Counted from the whole stretch's first letter, positions 1-12,791 are shown. The stretch is 56,093 nt of DNA, filler included, from Sphacelaria rigidula (GCA_964200075.2; 4 parts of 4 records of this genome joined end to end with filler, not necessarily neighbours in it), one strand, 5' to 3'. The notes: generated by a model not told the origin, from the letters alone. Numbers and translations: made by a program.

Positions 1-794
1 TATTGATTGGGAAGAAGGGGGGTGGAGTCTGTGCCGACAATACAGTCGCAGAGATGAATGACACGGACACCCACCCCTAAAAAAAAAAAAAAACGTTTTT
101 TATACCAAAGTCAGGTCAGATTATACCCCAGTTTGGCCATTTTTGGGAATTTTATGACCAAACACTCCGAAAGTTGGGCGAGAACGACTTTAGTGTGGAG
201 CATACCGGGGTGAGGGTATGTTCGAGGGCGGGGACCTTGAAAAGGGTGGTCAAATACGATGCCTATGCCTTTAAAAGGGCTTGGGACTTCCTGGCTGAGG
301 CCAAGGACGGTTGATAAAAACTTCTTTATTTCCAACACTTTTTTGCCCCTGGGAAAGGGGCGAAATACGGCCATTTCTTGGTCGACTAATTTGTTTGCGG
401 CCGTTCGGCCGCATGGATCAACAGCGTGCTGCAAAAAAAATGTTGTTTTACCTCAAAAAACGGCCAAGAAATAAAAAAAACATCGAAAATCAGATCGGAC
501 AACGGTAAGGGCTCGTCTAAACATAACCGACCAGACTTATTGGACAGAGGAAGTTTGTGGGCGCACCAGCCGGGGTCACACAGGAGGAAAGTCAACACAG
601 GAGCTTCTTTCTTCCTTGTTTTTTAGCACCCAATCTTCCTTCTGCAGTTTTTGCCTTTATTTTTAATCGTGAGAGAGGTTTAGCAGTCCCTTCCCCTCGT
701 CGACCGTTAAGTTGAATTTTTTGTACCCACGACAGCAATTTTGTGTACCCACGACATAGTCGCTCTCCACTATCAATCATATATGGCCGCTTCT

Positions 795-3024
795 TACTTA
801 GTCAGAACACGGACTCATCCTTTCACACGTGCCATTTGACCACGGCGAGTTGGGAACCGCGACCCTCCTGTCCAGCTTCAGCGCCATCTTCAGTGCTCTT
901 GCATCACACGGTTCTTGAAATGCGACGCGGTGTCACTAACCCAGACCTCCGGCGGACCCAACGCCTTGCACCACGCCAACAGATGCTGCACCGTCGCTGC
1001 AGCTGTACAAGATTCGGTGGGCTCCAACCATGCGAAATTGCACAGATCATCCATCATTACAAATATGTACTTGTACCCGTCGCCTTCATCCAGGCCGCTC
1101 TCGCCCAGCGGGCCACTTTCGCCAACGTACAGATAACCAAAATGCATCACCTCCCCGGGCCGTGTGCCATGCACTGTCTCTCCTAGTGACCGCGGGACCG
1201 TCCCACCCGCTTTCGAGTCCACACAATGCAAGCATTTCCTTACAAAATCTGTCACATGAGCTTCCATCTGAAAACAACAGTAATACTCTTGCAACCGCTG
1301 TAGTGTCGCCACAACACCCCGATGGCCCGCCTTCTTTATGTGAGCACACACCATCAAGCGTGGTTGTAGCTCTTTTGCTTGCAGCGGGATCAACAACACA
1401 TTCCGCCCTGCTGCGTGCACGCGAAATAAATCCTCACCGTCTTTCGAAACTCGCCCAACAGCTGCTGCAAAAGTGGGGGCTCCAGCAACCATTACTCCGA
1501 ACCCGCTTGAGCCTGCTCTTGGTCCTCACGAATAGCGTTCTTCGACGGCAGCGTTTCATCAGGCTGACCGCTCGAAAACACGACCGCAGCACGCACAGAC
1601 ACCGCCGGAATGTTTACCCACCTTGACACTAAATCTCCCCAGCAGTTGCGCTCACCAGCAGTGTGCCTGATGAAGTAATCGTGCTGCCCGAGCACAGCCT
1701 TTCATTGCTCGAGCCTCTGGGCAGCAGCCTTAGACACGGATGCAACGCAAGTTGAAAATGTATGCTAGGTTACGATGATCGGTGTAGAAGATACTCCAAC
1801 CTACGGAAAGTACTTACGATTTCATAGCCTTCCTTGTCCACCGTAGCCCACCGAACCTGCGCCCCAGGAAACCTTCCGCTGAGAAACCCCATCGGCTCAT
1901 GGCTCATGTCTTCCACTGCCAATGTACAACCCAGCTCATCCTCCGGCACCTGCGTAAGAAAACTTCCCCAGTGTAGATCAGATGCGTCTGGAAACATGAT
2001 CACCTGATACCCCTGCTTGGGAAATGACAAAGAGACAGCATGCACAACCAAATCTTGCGCCTCTTGCCACGCCAGAGCACGCCTGGACGTTCATGCCGAC
2101 TCCTCGATTGTCCGGTGTAACGCCACTCGCTTGGTACGGCGCACGTTTCTCTGCATGTGTTCCTCCAGTAATACCCGCAGCGGCTCCACCACCTTCGCCA
2201 AACGCGGCAGGGACGTTCTCAGCCAATTTACCGCCTGAAGGAACTGAATAAGCTCGCCTGCTGTGCGCGGGCGCCCAAGATTGGCCAGCCCGCTCAGTCT
2301 CTCGCGGTCATGAGCCACTTGACCAACTGAAAAGACCTTTCCGCACCACGTGATCTATGTGTCGTAGAACATGCACTTGTGCGCAGCCGCAAAAAGATCG
2401 ACATCCTCCAAACGGCCCAAAATCTCGTCCAGTGTACGCAACAGATCATCCTCATCTTTACCCCGCCACAAGATATCATCCACCCATACTTTAAACTGAA
2501 GTCCGGTCAATAATCCCGTCATGATGCCTTGAAAATACCCTGTCGCAATCAACACCCCTTGCGACACCCGTGTGTGGGTAAACAGACCTTCAGGAGTCGC
2601 GATCGCGAATACTTCTTGTGTATTGGCCGCCAACGGCATCTGCCAGTAACCCTGCAGCATATCAATCTTGCCAAAACACGCAGCGCCTAGCAGGTCGATC
2701 ATCTCCGCCTCGTGGTTAGGCATAACATTCGGACACTTCTCAATCTGCTTGTTTACCACGCGATAACACTCACCAGTCGCTGACCGCCCTTCTTCGGCGT
2801 TGCCATAGCTGCACTCGCCCACACTGCCTGTAAGCTGCGAAATACGAACCCAAGCGCCACCAGCGTCGCCATGCACCTCGCTAACCACGCGGCCTTTACA
2901 GGGAAATACTCCCTCGGGCTCGCCTTGACTGCTCTAGCCCCAGGTTTGAATTTCACCTTCAATAATCTACACGAACAGGCGGATCACCGCGCAGTGCTCG
3001 CCGAAAAGCGTTAACACGGCGCCT
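795..3024 (-). mobile_element. Degenerate Ty3/Gypsy pol, 3' part (RT - RNase H - integrase), host element G1
   Basis: Minus-strand ORF fragments in Gypsy order: RT (2355..2888, KIDMLQGYWQ, VWVDDIL), RNase H (1770..2051, FPDASDLHWG, DKEGY), integrase (890..1492, H-GH..CLHC zinc motif, VMMDDL, WVSDT). Frameshifts and stops; truncated near 795. Confidence 0.9.
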
Positions 3025-3036
3025 TGTAGACTGCGG

Positions 3037-3296
3037 TGTAGACTTTAGTCACCATTTTTACCTTAGGTTGGGGACATTGTAGACGTCGAGTTGCGGGTCT
3101 GATTGCCGGACTCTGTGATGGTGACCTCCAGGGCGAGAGAGCCCGGTTTTGCGACTCTGGTGGAGAGAAGCTATGGTCCTGTTTTTCTGTACTTTGCTGA
3201 GGGTTATTATGTGATTAACTAAAGCTGCTGAAGTCCATGTGCCCGTGATGGGAGGAGTCCACATGGCAATCTGATCTTGAGTGACAGAGGTCTATA
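3037..3296 (+). repeat. LTR family A, copy 1
   Basis: Aligns by eye with 5436-5695, 12792-13051 (reverse) and 13750-13951. Confidence 0.9.
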
Positions 3297-5435
3297 ATGA
3301 ACGTTCATTAAGTTCGCTGAAAGGCGGTAGGTCCGCTGAATAAGGAGTTGACACTTCAAGATAGGAAAGTCTGCAGGCCTGATCAGTTTTGCAGCAAACA
3401 AGGTCAGCTCAAGGCGTGTTAACGTCGCGAGGAGTTGGAGAAGTAGAGCCGAGGAGGTTCTGAGGCAGTGCTAGGGCGGGCTGTGGTATCGCTCGTGCGT
3501 GAAGTGCGGGGGGTTCATCGACAGCTTGAGAGCCCAAGTATCTGTGGAGGCAGATGATCTGTCGCATTGGTTTGGTGGTGAGAATATACCTTTTAGAGGC
3601 GTGTTGAGCTACACCATGGGGGTGCCAGGTGTAGCAAGACTGAAGGTGCGAGGAGGGAGTGTCCGAGAGGAAAGGATGCTCCACGCTGTGCACAGGGTTG
3701 TGGTTTTATTGCTGCTGTTTCTCAGGAGCGGGCTGGAGGACTACGAAGAAGGCATTATCTGAGGCGATTGCCGTTGTGGTGAGCTCCGAGTTGAATGCTG
3801 ATGTTGAGGAGCAAGTGCTGAGGTGATTGAGTGCTTGGTGAGAATGAGGAAACACATTATGACTGGTATTCGCGAATCGTTTTGAGAATGATTTCAGCTT
3901 GTTATTGTGTGATTTGTGGTCATGCTTGCGCATGAAACATAATTGTTGAGCGAGTATGATCGTATCGCGTGTGCAGGGTAAAACTCTGGCGTACACGTGG
4001 GTATTTGGGATGTGTGTGTTGCGCTGATCTGGTTGGCACGGACGATGCATGGTATTTGCTGCGAGGAAGGTGGCATGGCATGTGCTGAGTGAAATATTGG
4101 CATGCATGTGCGGATTTTCATATGCTGAGTGGAAATTTGGCAGGCATGTGCGAATTTTTGCTCGAGTGGTACTGATATGAATGGTATTTGGTGACGACCC
4201 AGGGTTGGGCAGTTTTCAATATACTGCTGTATGCTGAATGAAGTGAAGCTCGTATAATCTTGTTCGCGCAGGAACACAGTCTAATTATATTTGTGCGGTT
4301 TGCACGTACTGACTGCAGGATATATGGATTGCTGCTGTTAGCGTGAAAATGAGCAAAAACTACGAAATGCGTAGGCTTGTATCGACTGTAGGAGATGGTG
4401 ACACCTGCTGTTAGCGTGAAAATGAGCTGAAAGGTACGAAATGCGCAGGCTCGTCGTATGTGAGCAGGTATGACGCGAGTGCTTCCGATGGTTGAAGATA
4501 AAGACATTATGCGCGCATGCATCAATGATCTGTGACCGTGTCATGTTTTTGTGTGGATTGTCACGTGTTTGAACAAGCACGTGGTTGGTTTTTCGTTCAT
4601 GTCAGAAGGGCATGTGGATGATGCGTCCATTTGTTCGATGAACTGGTGCAAGTGGACTGCACGAGTGTCGAAAAATTCATTGATTCTACATTTTGGCTGA
4701 TGCACGGATGGGATATGACGGTCCAAGATCCAAACAAGATATAGAAATGTCTGGGATTGCTCCAACACAAGAGTTTGAGAACGAGATCACGAGGGGTGAT
4801 CAACGATGGCGGAGATCGAGGTCCGTTCGCCGTCCTTGGATCAGTATGCATGACTTGAAAAGCGGTTTAAGTCATGGCTTTCTTTTGATTGTTTTGACGA
4901 AATGATGGCAAGTTGAAGCACTGAAGCTTTGACGGCGGGGAGGCATGCGATGCATACGTTTTTTACGGTCTAGCGTGAGGATGGTGTATTATTTGGCTGT
5001 TATACTTCGTTGCGCAGGTGTGGAACGTACAAAGAATGAATTCTGAATGTTGGGAAGTACCTTGTCTCGGATGAGAGGGACAATGAGTCACGAATGCTCT
5101 GGGATTTGATGTTCGCTGATATTTCTGGTTTAGTGCCGATGAAGAATCAAGAGACTTGTTTTGGGCGAAGATTTGAAAAGTTGGCGATAGCAATAGCTTT
5201 GTTACTCGAAGTGGTGCAAGTAGGTTGATTGCATGTTCATGGTGAACGATATTTTCTTGGGATCTCTTGCGAGTTGTTTGGAAGTGGGGCAAGCTTGTAT
5301 GGAGCTGTTGTCAAAAGCAGCGGAAAATATTGCTGATCTTTGCGGGTAACGACGGTACTATCAGGCACCAATGATGTCTGAGTTTGTCAAGCTCTGATGT
5401 AACTCCTTATTGGTAGTAGAGAGCTATGGGGGTGC

Positions 5436-5695
5436 TGTAGACTCTAGTCACCATTGTTACCTAAGGCTGGGGACATAGGTACGTTGAGTTGCGGGTCTGA
5501 TTGCCGGACTGTGTGATGGGTGACCTGCAGGACGAGAGAGCCCGGTTTCGCTACTCTGGTGCAGAGAGGCTATGGTCCTGGTCTCCTGTACAATGCTGAG
5601 GATTAATATATGAATAAGTGAAGCCGCTGAAATCCATGTGCCCGTGATGGGAGGAGTCCACATGTCAATCTGATCTTGAGTGACAGAAGTCTGTA
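5436..5695 (+). repeat. LTR family A, copy 2
   Basis: 260-bp direct repeat of 3037-3296. Confidence 0.9.
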
Positions 5696-6413
5696 GCGGG
5701 CAACATTGTTACCGAGGTTGGGTACATGACTGCAGTGGAAAATATGCATAGCAGGCGTCAATAGTCTAGTTGATGGATAACGGGTCCGAAAGTATCATCA
5801 GTGACCTCCGTGATGTATGCTATTTGCCCACGACGTTCGCCGGTCACTTCCGATAACGAAGACTGTGCGTTTGTGAACAACAACTGTCTTGAAGTCTCCA
5901 AGCCCTAGTGAGGGAGGGAGCCCTTCGAGCAGTCTTGTGACCTTGTTCTGAGTCCAGGAGGGGAGAGGGTGCGTTTTGTAAAGTAGTCCGCCTATAGTAC
6001 ACGTAAAGGTGGATGATGAGCTGCAGGTTGGTGCAGGAGATTTGGATACTAGGTTTACGTTATGATATCAGGTCTGACTATGACCGCTTGACATTATATG
6101 TGTCCACGGAGGTGCAGCAGGTCTGTAGAGTAGTCCACCTCGAGTGCACCTACAGATGCATGAGGAGCTGCAGGTGGATCCATGGAGACGTGGATATGCA
6201 CTTCGCATCATGATATTAGGTCATGAGATATTATCTGGAGTATGACCATGACTGCTTGACAGTATATGTGTTCAAGAAGGTGCAAGGCTACTTCCGATAA
6301 AGAAGATTGCGTGTTTGTGAACAACAACTGTCTTGAAGTATCCAAGCCCTAGTGAGGGGGGAAGCCCTTGAAGCAGTCTTGTTACCTTGTTCTGAGTCCA
6401 GGAGGGGTCCATA
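5696..6413 (+). repeat. Rearranged 5' LTR of element B: LTR body (5696-~5960), two diverged ~150-bp tandem units (~6013-6290), duplicated LTR 3' half (~6290-6413)
   Basis: Both 5696-5960 and 6290-6413 align to 11556-11837. The GAGCTGCAGGT..TGCAGG / GCTTGACA.TATATGTGT unit occurs twice. Confidence 0.75.
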
Positions 6414-6719
6414 GTAAACGTTTATTCAGGGAACCCGCTGAATTCTGGCAAAAAATAAATTTCAGCTGCGGACAGTCTCTACAAAAACATTTTTTTATTG
6501 TACACAGACAGGTGTGCAGTCTGTAACGCGAGGCAGCTCGTTGCAGCTAGTTGACCGAAGGAATGGCTAGGTTTGCTGGAAGCATTGCGTGCAGCTAAGG
6601 AAGAATGGCAGCGCGTAGGAAAAGAGGTGGGAGCGATGCAGGCGATGAGGTGACGTGTCAATTTACTGAGCTTATGGCAGGTGGATCGCTAAAAGCAACG
6701 GAGTATGGACGGCATTTCA

Positions 6720-9255
6720 GCCAAGATGCCTCCAGACGTTTTTTTTAAACATAGGGATTACAAAGAGAGCGTACAACTAAGCAATAAGGGGAGGACAGTA
6801 CAGGCGGACAGTGGAGGCCGTGACAGAACTCGTGCCCAAGCACATTCGCGCGTGTTTATCACGTACAATATTTGACGGATCGGTACTCGATGATGAACAT
6901 CTAAAGAAGGCACTAGAAGACATGCACAATGTTGGAGTGATACAGAGATCGATCCTTCAGATGCTGCAGCAGGTGTGCGGAAGGCGTTGGCCGCTCGACA
7001 ACGAGCCGACTGCCATGGGTAGAATCGAGGGGTAGTAGGGGTGCCCTCGAAGATTTTTTCGCCAACATTGCGAGCATCGAGCGCGTGTTCCGCGAGGACG
7101 AGACTTTCAAAGCAGGACCCGCTCAAATAGTTACGCGGGAATTGCTCGCCGACATGTCCCCCCCTAAATTCAAGACAAAAGTGCTCAATATGCTGCAGAT
7201 GAAGGGGGGTGTGGAAAAAGTACCCTGGGATCGAGTATGATACGACTCGGGAAGCAGCAGAAGCATGGAAGACGGTAGAAGTAGCTGATAAGCAGCGCCA
7301 TCACCAGCCGCAGCTGAAACAGAAATGCGGCAGCGGGACCTCCGGATCTAAGCGCCAACCGAATGGAGAGCAAACGACGACCGCTGGCAGTGAGACTGCT
7401 AGTTCCGGGAAATCTAGGAAACAGGGCCCAAGCTATGCAGATTCTTTCTCATGTGGAGACAAGGGCCACCTCGTGAAGGATTGTAATCAGCAAAGCCAAG
7501 CTGCTGCTCCACAACATACTGCAGATGGGCAGTCGAGGGCCGGCGACACGCAGCAACAACAGCAGCAGCTGTCACAGGGCCCCGGACAGGTGCCTCGAGG
7601 AGGGAGCAAGAGTCCTGTCGCTACAAGGGCTGTATTTTCAACCGATGGAGGGAGTGCTGCCAGCAGTGGAGCGAAGTTGCCACCGGAACCAGTCGTTTCC
7701 ACTGGTGGCGTACAGCAGAACGTATCGGGGGAAACAAGGGAAACAGTCCCGCGCTGGACATCTGAGGCGATGTCGTCGTGGAGATCGCTGAAACCAGGTG
7801 AGGTATCAGGTTTTCAATCTGAGGGCATACGCGTAGAAAAAGAGGAAAGATGGTGTCTCGCCGACTTGTCTGTACCGAGTGCAGGGGCACAGACTGCTCG
7901 TCCGGTCAAGGCCATTTTAGAGTCGGGATCTGGAATCGCGACCATGTCAAAGGGTGTAGCGGCGAAATCACAAGCTATGGTTCCAGATGTTGGAGTGGTC
8001 ACACCGATGGTTGGTAAACAGCTGCTGAAACTGGCTAACGACAATGTTGAGCGAGTTAAGCAGAAAACTTGCCCTGTCCGAACCACTTTACACACCAGCT
8101 CGGGACCGGTTGTGCTGGATCCATGTTCATATGCGGTCATGCCGGGTACAGATGATGTGATAATAATCATGGGGAGCCCTGCGCTGGAGGCGCTGGGCAT
8201 TGACGTGTACAGTAAGTAGCTTAGGTGATTGTGCACGTGCAAGAAACACTTCGGTGCGAGGTGTAAAGGCGCCTGATTTTACGGACTGTCGGCGTGTCAG
8301 TACCGCGGTTGACGCCTTATAGCTACCAGGATGTCCGGCGGAGTCCGTTAATTCCTCAGTCGAGCGTTTGTTGCATGTTCCCGGAACAAGAGCTTGCTAA
8401 GATTGATGTTGCGCTGGACGAGGCAGTACAAGCCGCCGCGTATAACGGCACATCGGCAAGCGACATGAGCCAGATTTGTGAGCCTGTACGGAACAGAGCG
8501 AGCATTTTTGGGCAAGTGCTGCATGGTTATCCGCCTGCTCGCATCGAGCCCTTGAAGGTGAAATTCAAACCTATTGCTGTGGTGGCAAAGGCTCGGTGGA
8601 GAGCGTACTTTCCGGTCAGGATGGCGTGGTTGGCACGCTGCATCGCAACATTGGTGGCGCTCGGGCCTGTGTACTGCAGTTTGCAGATAGTGTGGGCAAG
8701 AGCGGCGATTGTAACGCCCGAGAAGTCCTGTTTTCGCTGGATGAGTGCATACAAGGCGGGGGAGGACGTTCCCCATCCCCACAAGGAGGTGGTGCATGGT
8801 GCTCGCCCAGGGAGGCGTTTCATTTCAATTTTCTCAGTGTAGGCGACAGTGATCCGCTGGGTGATAATGTCTTGGACGAAGGAGATCGGTTAAATAACAT
8901 ATTGGTAAGGGTGGATGACCCGAGCGACTTTGTGCGGTTGGAACCCGCGGAGTCTTTGCACGGCGGCGACGATGGTGGAGTATATGTTGACATGGTGCGA
9001 AGCGCTGGGGCCGCAGGAGGGATGGGTCAGCGATACGGCATCGCAATATTTGAATCGTTCGGTGATAGTACCCGAGAAGGCGCTGATGAATCGCGGACGA
9101 GTGGTGGCCAACTCGCGGTTGTCATATCGTGACCGTGGGCGAATGATGCGTGACATTGTTCGTACCTTGAAGGTAATGATGCAGGAAGGAAGACGCGATA
9201 CTGATGCCTGGGTGGGTTTGGTACCTGCCGTGCAGTGGGCATTGCACACTGTTTT
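6720..9255 (+). pseudogene. Ty3/Gypsy gag - protease - partial RT - partial integrase remnant (internally deleted)
   Basis: ORF 7209..8219 has a degenerate CCHC knuckle (SFSCGDKGHLVKDC) and protease-like AILESGSG. 8294..8760 matches the G1 RT N-terminus. 8790..9255 is integrase core (WVSDTAS..., WVGLVPAVQWALHT). Most of RT and RNase H are missing. Confidence 0.85.
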
Positions 9256-10612
9256 CGGGGCTGCTATGAAAGCTGTTGCTGTATCTATGATGCGAGGAGC
9301 GACGGTTCGAGTGGAAATGCTACTCTGCGGTGTGGACTAGAGATTGTAGCCGGAGAGTTTCTGTTTCTCAGGAGGAGCGCAGAAGAACTACAAGGAAGGT
9401 ATTACCTGAGGTGTTTACTGTTGTGGTGAGCGCCGAGTTGGGTACTGATTTTGAGCAGCAAGTGCTGAGGTGATGATGTGCTCGTTGAGAATGAGGAAAC
9501 ACATCATGACTGGTATTCGCAAATCGTTTTGAGAATGGTTCCAGCTTGTTATTGTGTGATTTGTGGTCATGGTCGCGCATGAAACATGGTTATTGAGCGA
9601 GTATGATCGTATCGCGTGTGCAGGGTGAAATTCTGGCGGACACCTGGATATTTGGGATGTGTGTGTTGTGCTGATCTGGCTGGCACGAACGATGCATGGT
9701 GTTTGCTGCGAGGAAGGTGGCATTGCATGTGCTGGGTTAAATGATGGCATGCATGTATGGAATGTTCGCTACATTATGTTAGAGCGCATGGTATCTGACG
9801 AAGAGTTAGGGTGAGGCAGTTTTCAATATACTACTGTATGCTGGATGAGGTGAACGTCGTATATTCCTGTTCACAGTTCTCTGTGTGCAGTTCGTGGGCA
9901 CTGACTGTAGGAGAGGGTGATTGCTGCTGTTGGGGTTAATGAGCAGTAACTAAGAAATGCGTAGGCCCGTATGTGCGCAAGGAAAACGCTAGTGTTTCTT
10001 GGGGTTGAAAGTAAATGATCTTTAGCTATGGAACGTCTTTTGAGGAAATTTTTTATTCCCGCCTGGAAGGATCATGTGGATGGAGTATCCGTTTGTCGAA
10101 GGGAGCGGTGAGGGTGAGCTGCAAGTCTGTTGGGACATGAACTGCATTTTATATCGCGGTTCATCGATCAATGGAATACGACGATCCTGAATCCAAGTTG
10201 GGATATCATATTTGGGCGCTTTCTTGGGTGTACTCGGTGAATCGAGTTTGAGAACGACATCACTACGGGTGATCAATGATGGCGGAGGTCGAGGTCCTTT
10301 CGCCGTTGTTAGATTGGTATGCATGACCTGAAAAGTGCTTCGAGTCATGGCTCTCTTTTCAGTATGCTTATGAGTTGAGTGGCGCAATGAAGAAGCCTTG
10401 AAGCTCTCACGAAGAAGAGGAGTGCGATGCATACGTTTTCACGGAGTTAAACAAGTAAGAGACCAGCTGCGCTCTAAACGTGTTGGATACTTATTTAATT
10501 CTAGTTTCAGGTATACTGCTTGGCTGTTGCACTCCGTTACGCAGGTATTGAAGGTACGAAAGAGCAATTTGTATGTTTAACGGTATGGTATGCGAGAGAC
10601 GAACTGTCACGA

Positions 10613-10642
10613 TGTTGTTGTTGTTGTTGTTGTCGTTGTTGT
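10613..10642. repeat. (TGT)n microsatellite
   Basis: About 10 TGT/TTG units visible directly. Confidence 0.9.
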
Positions 10643-10841
10643 CTTCACATTAAAAGCCGTTCCGATATCTGCGCGGTACATTGGTACTGGGCATCTTACG
10701 CGGACGCCTTCCGATGGCTTCAGAATTTGAAGTTCGTCGTTGAAGTTCGAGATTTTATGCGGGATTGGAGTCAGGAAACTTGTTTGAAAATTGGGCGCCA
10801 GCTATCGCTCCGTGACTCAAAGCGATGCAAATAGCGTGATT

Positions 10842-11384
10842 TGTGACGGTTTAGGAGACAACCAACTAGACTACTGATTATTCAGCGACTACTGACCAGT
10901 CCTCGCTGGATAATCAGTAGTCTAGTTGGTTGTCTCTTAAACCGTCACGAAAGTTAGTCGTGGGGGCTTGATCCCCGCCCCTTTCACTCCGAAGAGGGCG
11001 ACTCCCCTTGCCAGCGCTCTATCGACTGCCATCAAGAACCTCGAGTGTTGTCTCTTCTCACCGTAACCTTGAGTTACTCGTCTTCCCCACTGATTTCCAG
11101 AGTGTGTGCACTGGGGTCCCTAGCAGTCAACTCCAAACATAGCCACCAGGCTATACCCCACCCTTTTTCTTTGGGTCAATTTTTTTCAGAGCTCTTCTCT
11201 CCTCTTTTTTTCTTCAAAGAAGGTGCGTCCGACGGGAATCAAACCAGCGACTCAGTTTTGTGACGGTTTAAGAGACAACCAACTAGACTACCGACCAGTC
11301 GGTTCAAGAGATAACCAACTAGACTACTGACCAGTCAGCGCTGACTGGTCAGTAGTCTAGTTGGTTATCTCTTAAACCGTCACA
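10842..11384. mobile_element. 543-bp TRIM-like element with palindromic terminal repeats and 4-bp TSD (GATT)
   Basis: Repeats 10842-10949 and 11259-11384, each TGTGACGGTTTA...TAAACCGTCAC(G/A). GATT at 10838-10841 and 11385-11388. Host B sequence is continuous across it. Confidence 0.85.
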
Positions 11385-11555
11385 GATTGCGTGTTCATTG
11401 TGGACGTTTTGGATCCCTTGCGATTTGTTCGGAAATTGGACAAGCTTGTACGGCTGTTATGTGAAAATTGACGTTAGATTTCGATAACAATGGTGCCCGA
11501 GTTGATGAAGCTCTATATTGACTACTTGTTGGTAGGAAGCGAGCTTTGGGGGTGC

Positions 11556-11837
11556 TCTAGACTGCGGGCAACATTGTTACCGTGGTTAGGTACATGACTG
11601 CAGTGAATAAAATGCATAGCAGGCGTTTATAGTCTGGTCGACGGATAACCGGTTCGAGAGTATGATCAGTGGACTCCGTGTTGTATGCTGTTTGCACACG
11701 ACGTCCGCCGGTCACTTCCCATAACAAAGACTGTGTGACTGTGAACAGCAACTGTCTCGAAGTCTCCAAGCCCTAGTGAGGGAGAAAGCCCTTGGAGCAG
11801 TCTTGTGACCTTATTCTGAGTCCAGGAGGGCTCTATA
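11556..11837 (+). repeat. LTR family B, intact 3' copy
   Basis: TCTAGAC...CTCTATA, follows the G-rich PPT and aligns with 3025-3036 plus 5700-5960. Confidence 0.85.
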
Positions 11838-12791
11838 GTCCGACAACCTCCCGAAGCTTATCAACGCCGCTCGTCGACATACTCGCCGACATACCCTTGT
11901 CCGCGGCCGCCTGTAGCGCATGATCCAATGCAACACGGCGCTCTGCCAGCTCCTCCTCTGGAGTCATGTTCATCTCGGGACCTAGCAACATCAATCGCTC
12001 AACGGAGGGATTCACAGGCTCCTCTTGTCCACCTGGATCCTGAAACGCCTCAATCGTAATGCTCACACGCCTAGATTCTCGGAATTCAGGCGTATCCACA
12101 CCTCTCACCAACACGTTACTTGAGTGTGCGTATGCGTCCAGCCCACTATACACGTCAATGCCCATGGCCTCCAGCGTACCGCTGCCGATGATCACCACAT
12201 TATCAGCACCTGGCATGACCGCGTAATGACACGGATTCAACACCACCGGCCCCCAGCTGGTGTGCAGAGCGGTGCGCAATAGGCAAATCTCCGACTGCAT
12301 ACTCCGTGCATTACCATCAGCTAGTTTCAACGAGTGTGCACGAGCCATACTCGTGACAAGTGGCACATCAGGGAACACTGCTTGCAAGTGGGACGCCACT
12401 TTTCCAGACATGATAGTGATGCCAGCCCCGGAATCCAAAGCGGCAGTAACAGGGCAAACGTTCTTGGCTGCGGAACCAGGAACGGACAAGTCTGCCCGGC
12501 AGCATCGCTGCTTGCGGTCAACCACCACACCTTCAGGCTGTTAGTCTGCAACCTCAGCGGTGTGCAGACCCCGCCATACTGGCATTGTCTGAGACGTCCA
12601 CTCCTGAACCGGTCGCGACGGCAGTTGGGGTTGAGCTGCAGGAGCTGGAGCGGGTGGCTGGGGCGGCACCATGCTACTCAGACTACTACTAGCACCCCCT
12701 TGCGTTCCATCCCCAGAGAAAACAGCCCGTGTGGGAGCAGGACCTTTACTACCCCCTCGCTGACCATGGGCCAATTGCTGCTGCTGCTGCT
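11838..12791 (-). mobile_element. Degenerate Ty3/Gypsy gag C-terminus and aspartic protease, 5' part of G1
   Basis: ORF 11833..12528 has AALDSGA (DSG protease motif) and is clearly homologous to 7209..8219. Its end joins the RT N-terminus at 3024. Confidence 0.85.

Larger units (their letters stand above)
3037..5695 (+). mobile_element. Non-autonomous LTR element 'A' (2659 bp, 260-bp LTRs, 4-bp TSD GCGG)
   Basis: Direct repeats 3037-3296 and 5436-5695 (TGTAGAC...GTCTRTA). GCGG at 3033-3036 and 5696-5699. PPT-like GAGCTATGGGGGTGC before the 3' LTR. Internal region has no recognisable ORF but is homologous to 9260-11555. Confidence 0.85.
3025..11837 (+). mobile_element. LTR retrotransposon 'B' (282-bp LTRs) inserted in G1 pol; contains Gypsy gag-pol remnants and a ~2-kb noncoding 3' region
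   Basis: 5' LTR starts TGTAGACTGCGG at 3025 and resumes at ~5700 after element A. 3' LTR 11556-11837 is preceded by PPT-like GAGCTTTGGGGGTGC. G1 reading resumes across it (..LREVVG / RRVNAFRRALRGDPP). Flanks GCCT / GTCC are only a partial TSD match. Confidence 0.7.

Noticed and set aside
1-780. Possible transposon end resembling 55760-56093
   Set aside because: Only scattered short similarities; no terminal repeat or TSD could be defined.
4690-5335. Copia RNase H-like traces (RSRSV, HVHGERYF, AENIADL) in the element A internal region
   Set aside because: Short, in different frames and not kept in the B or second A copy; too weak to call without an HMM search.
10842-11384. Repeated palindromic units as a CRISPR array, or a true tRNA gene
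   Set aside because: No repeat-spacer periodicity, eukaryotic context, TSD-bounded; no complete cloverleaf could be built.
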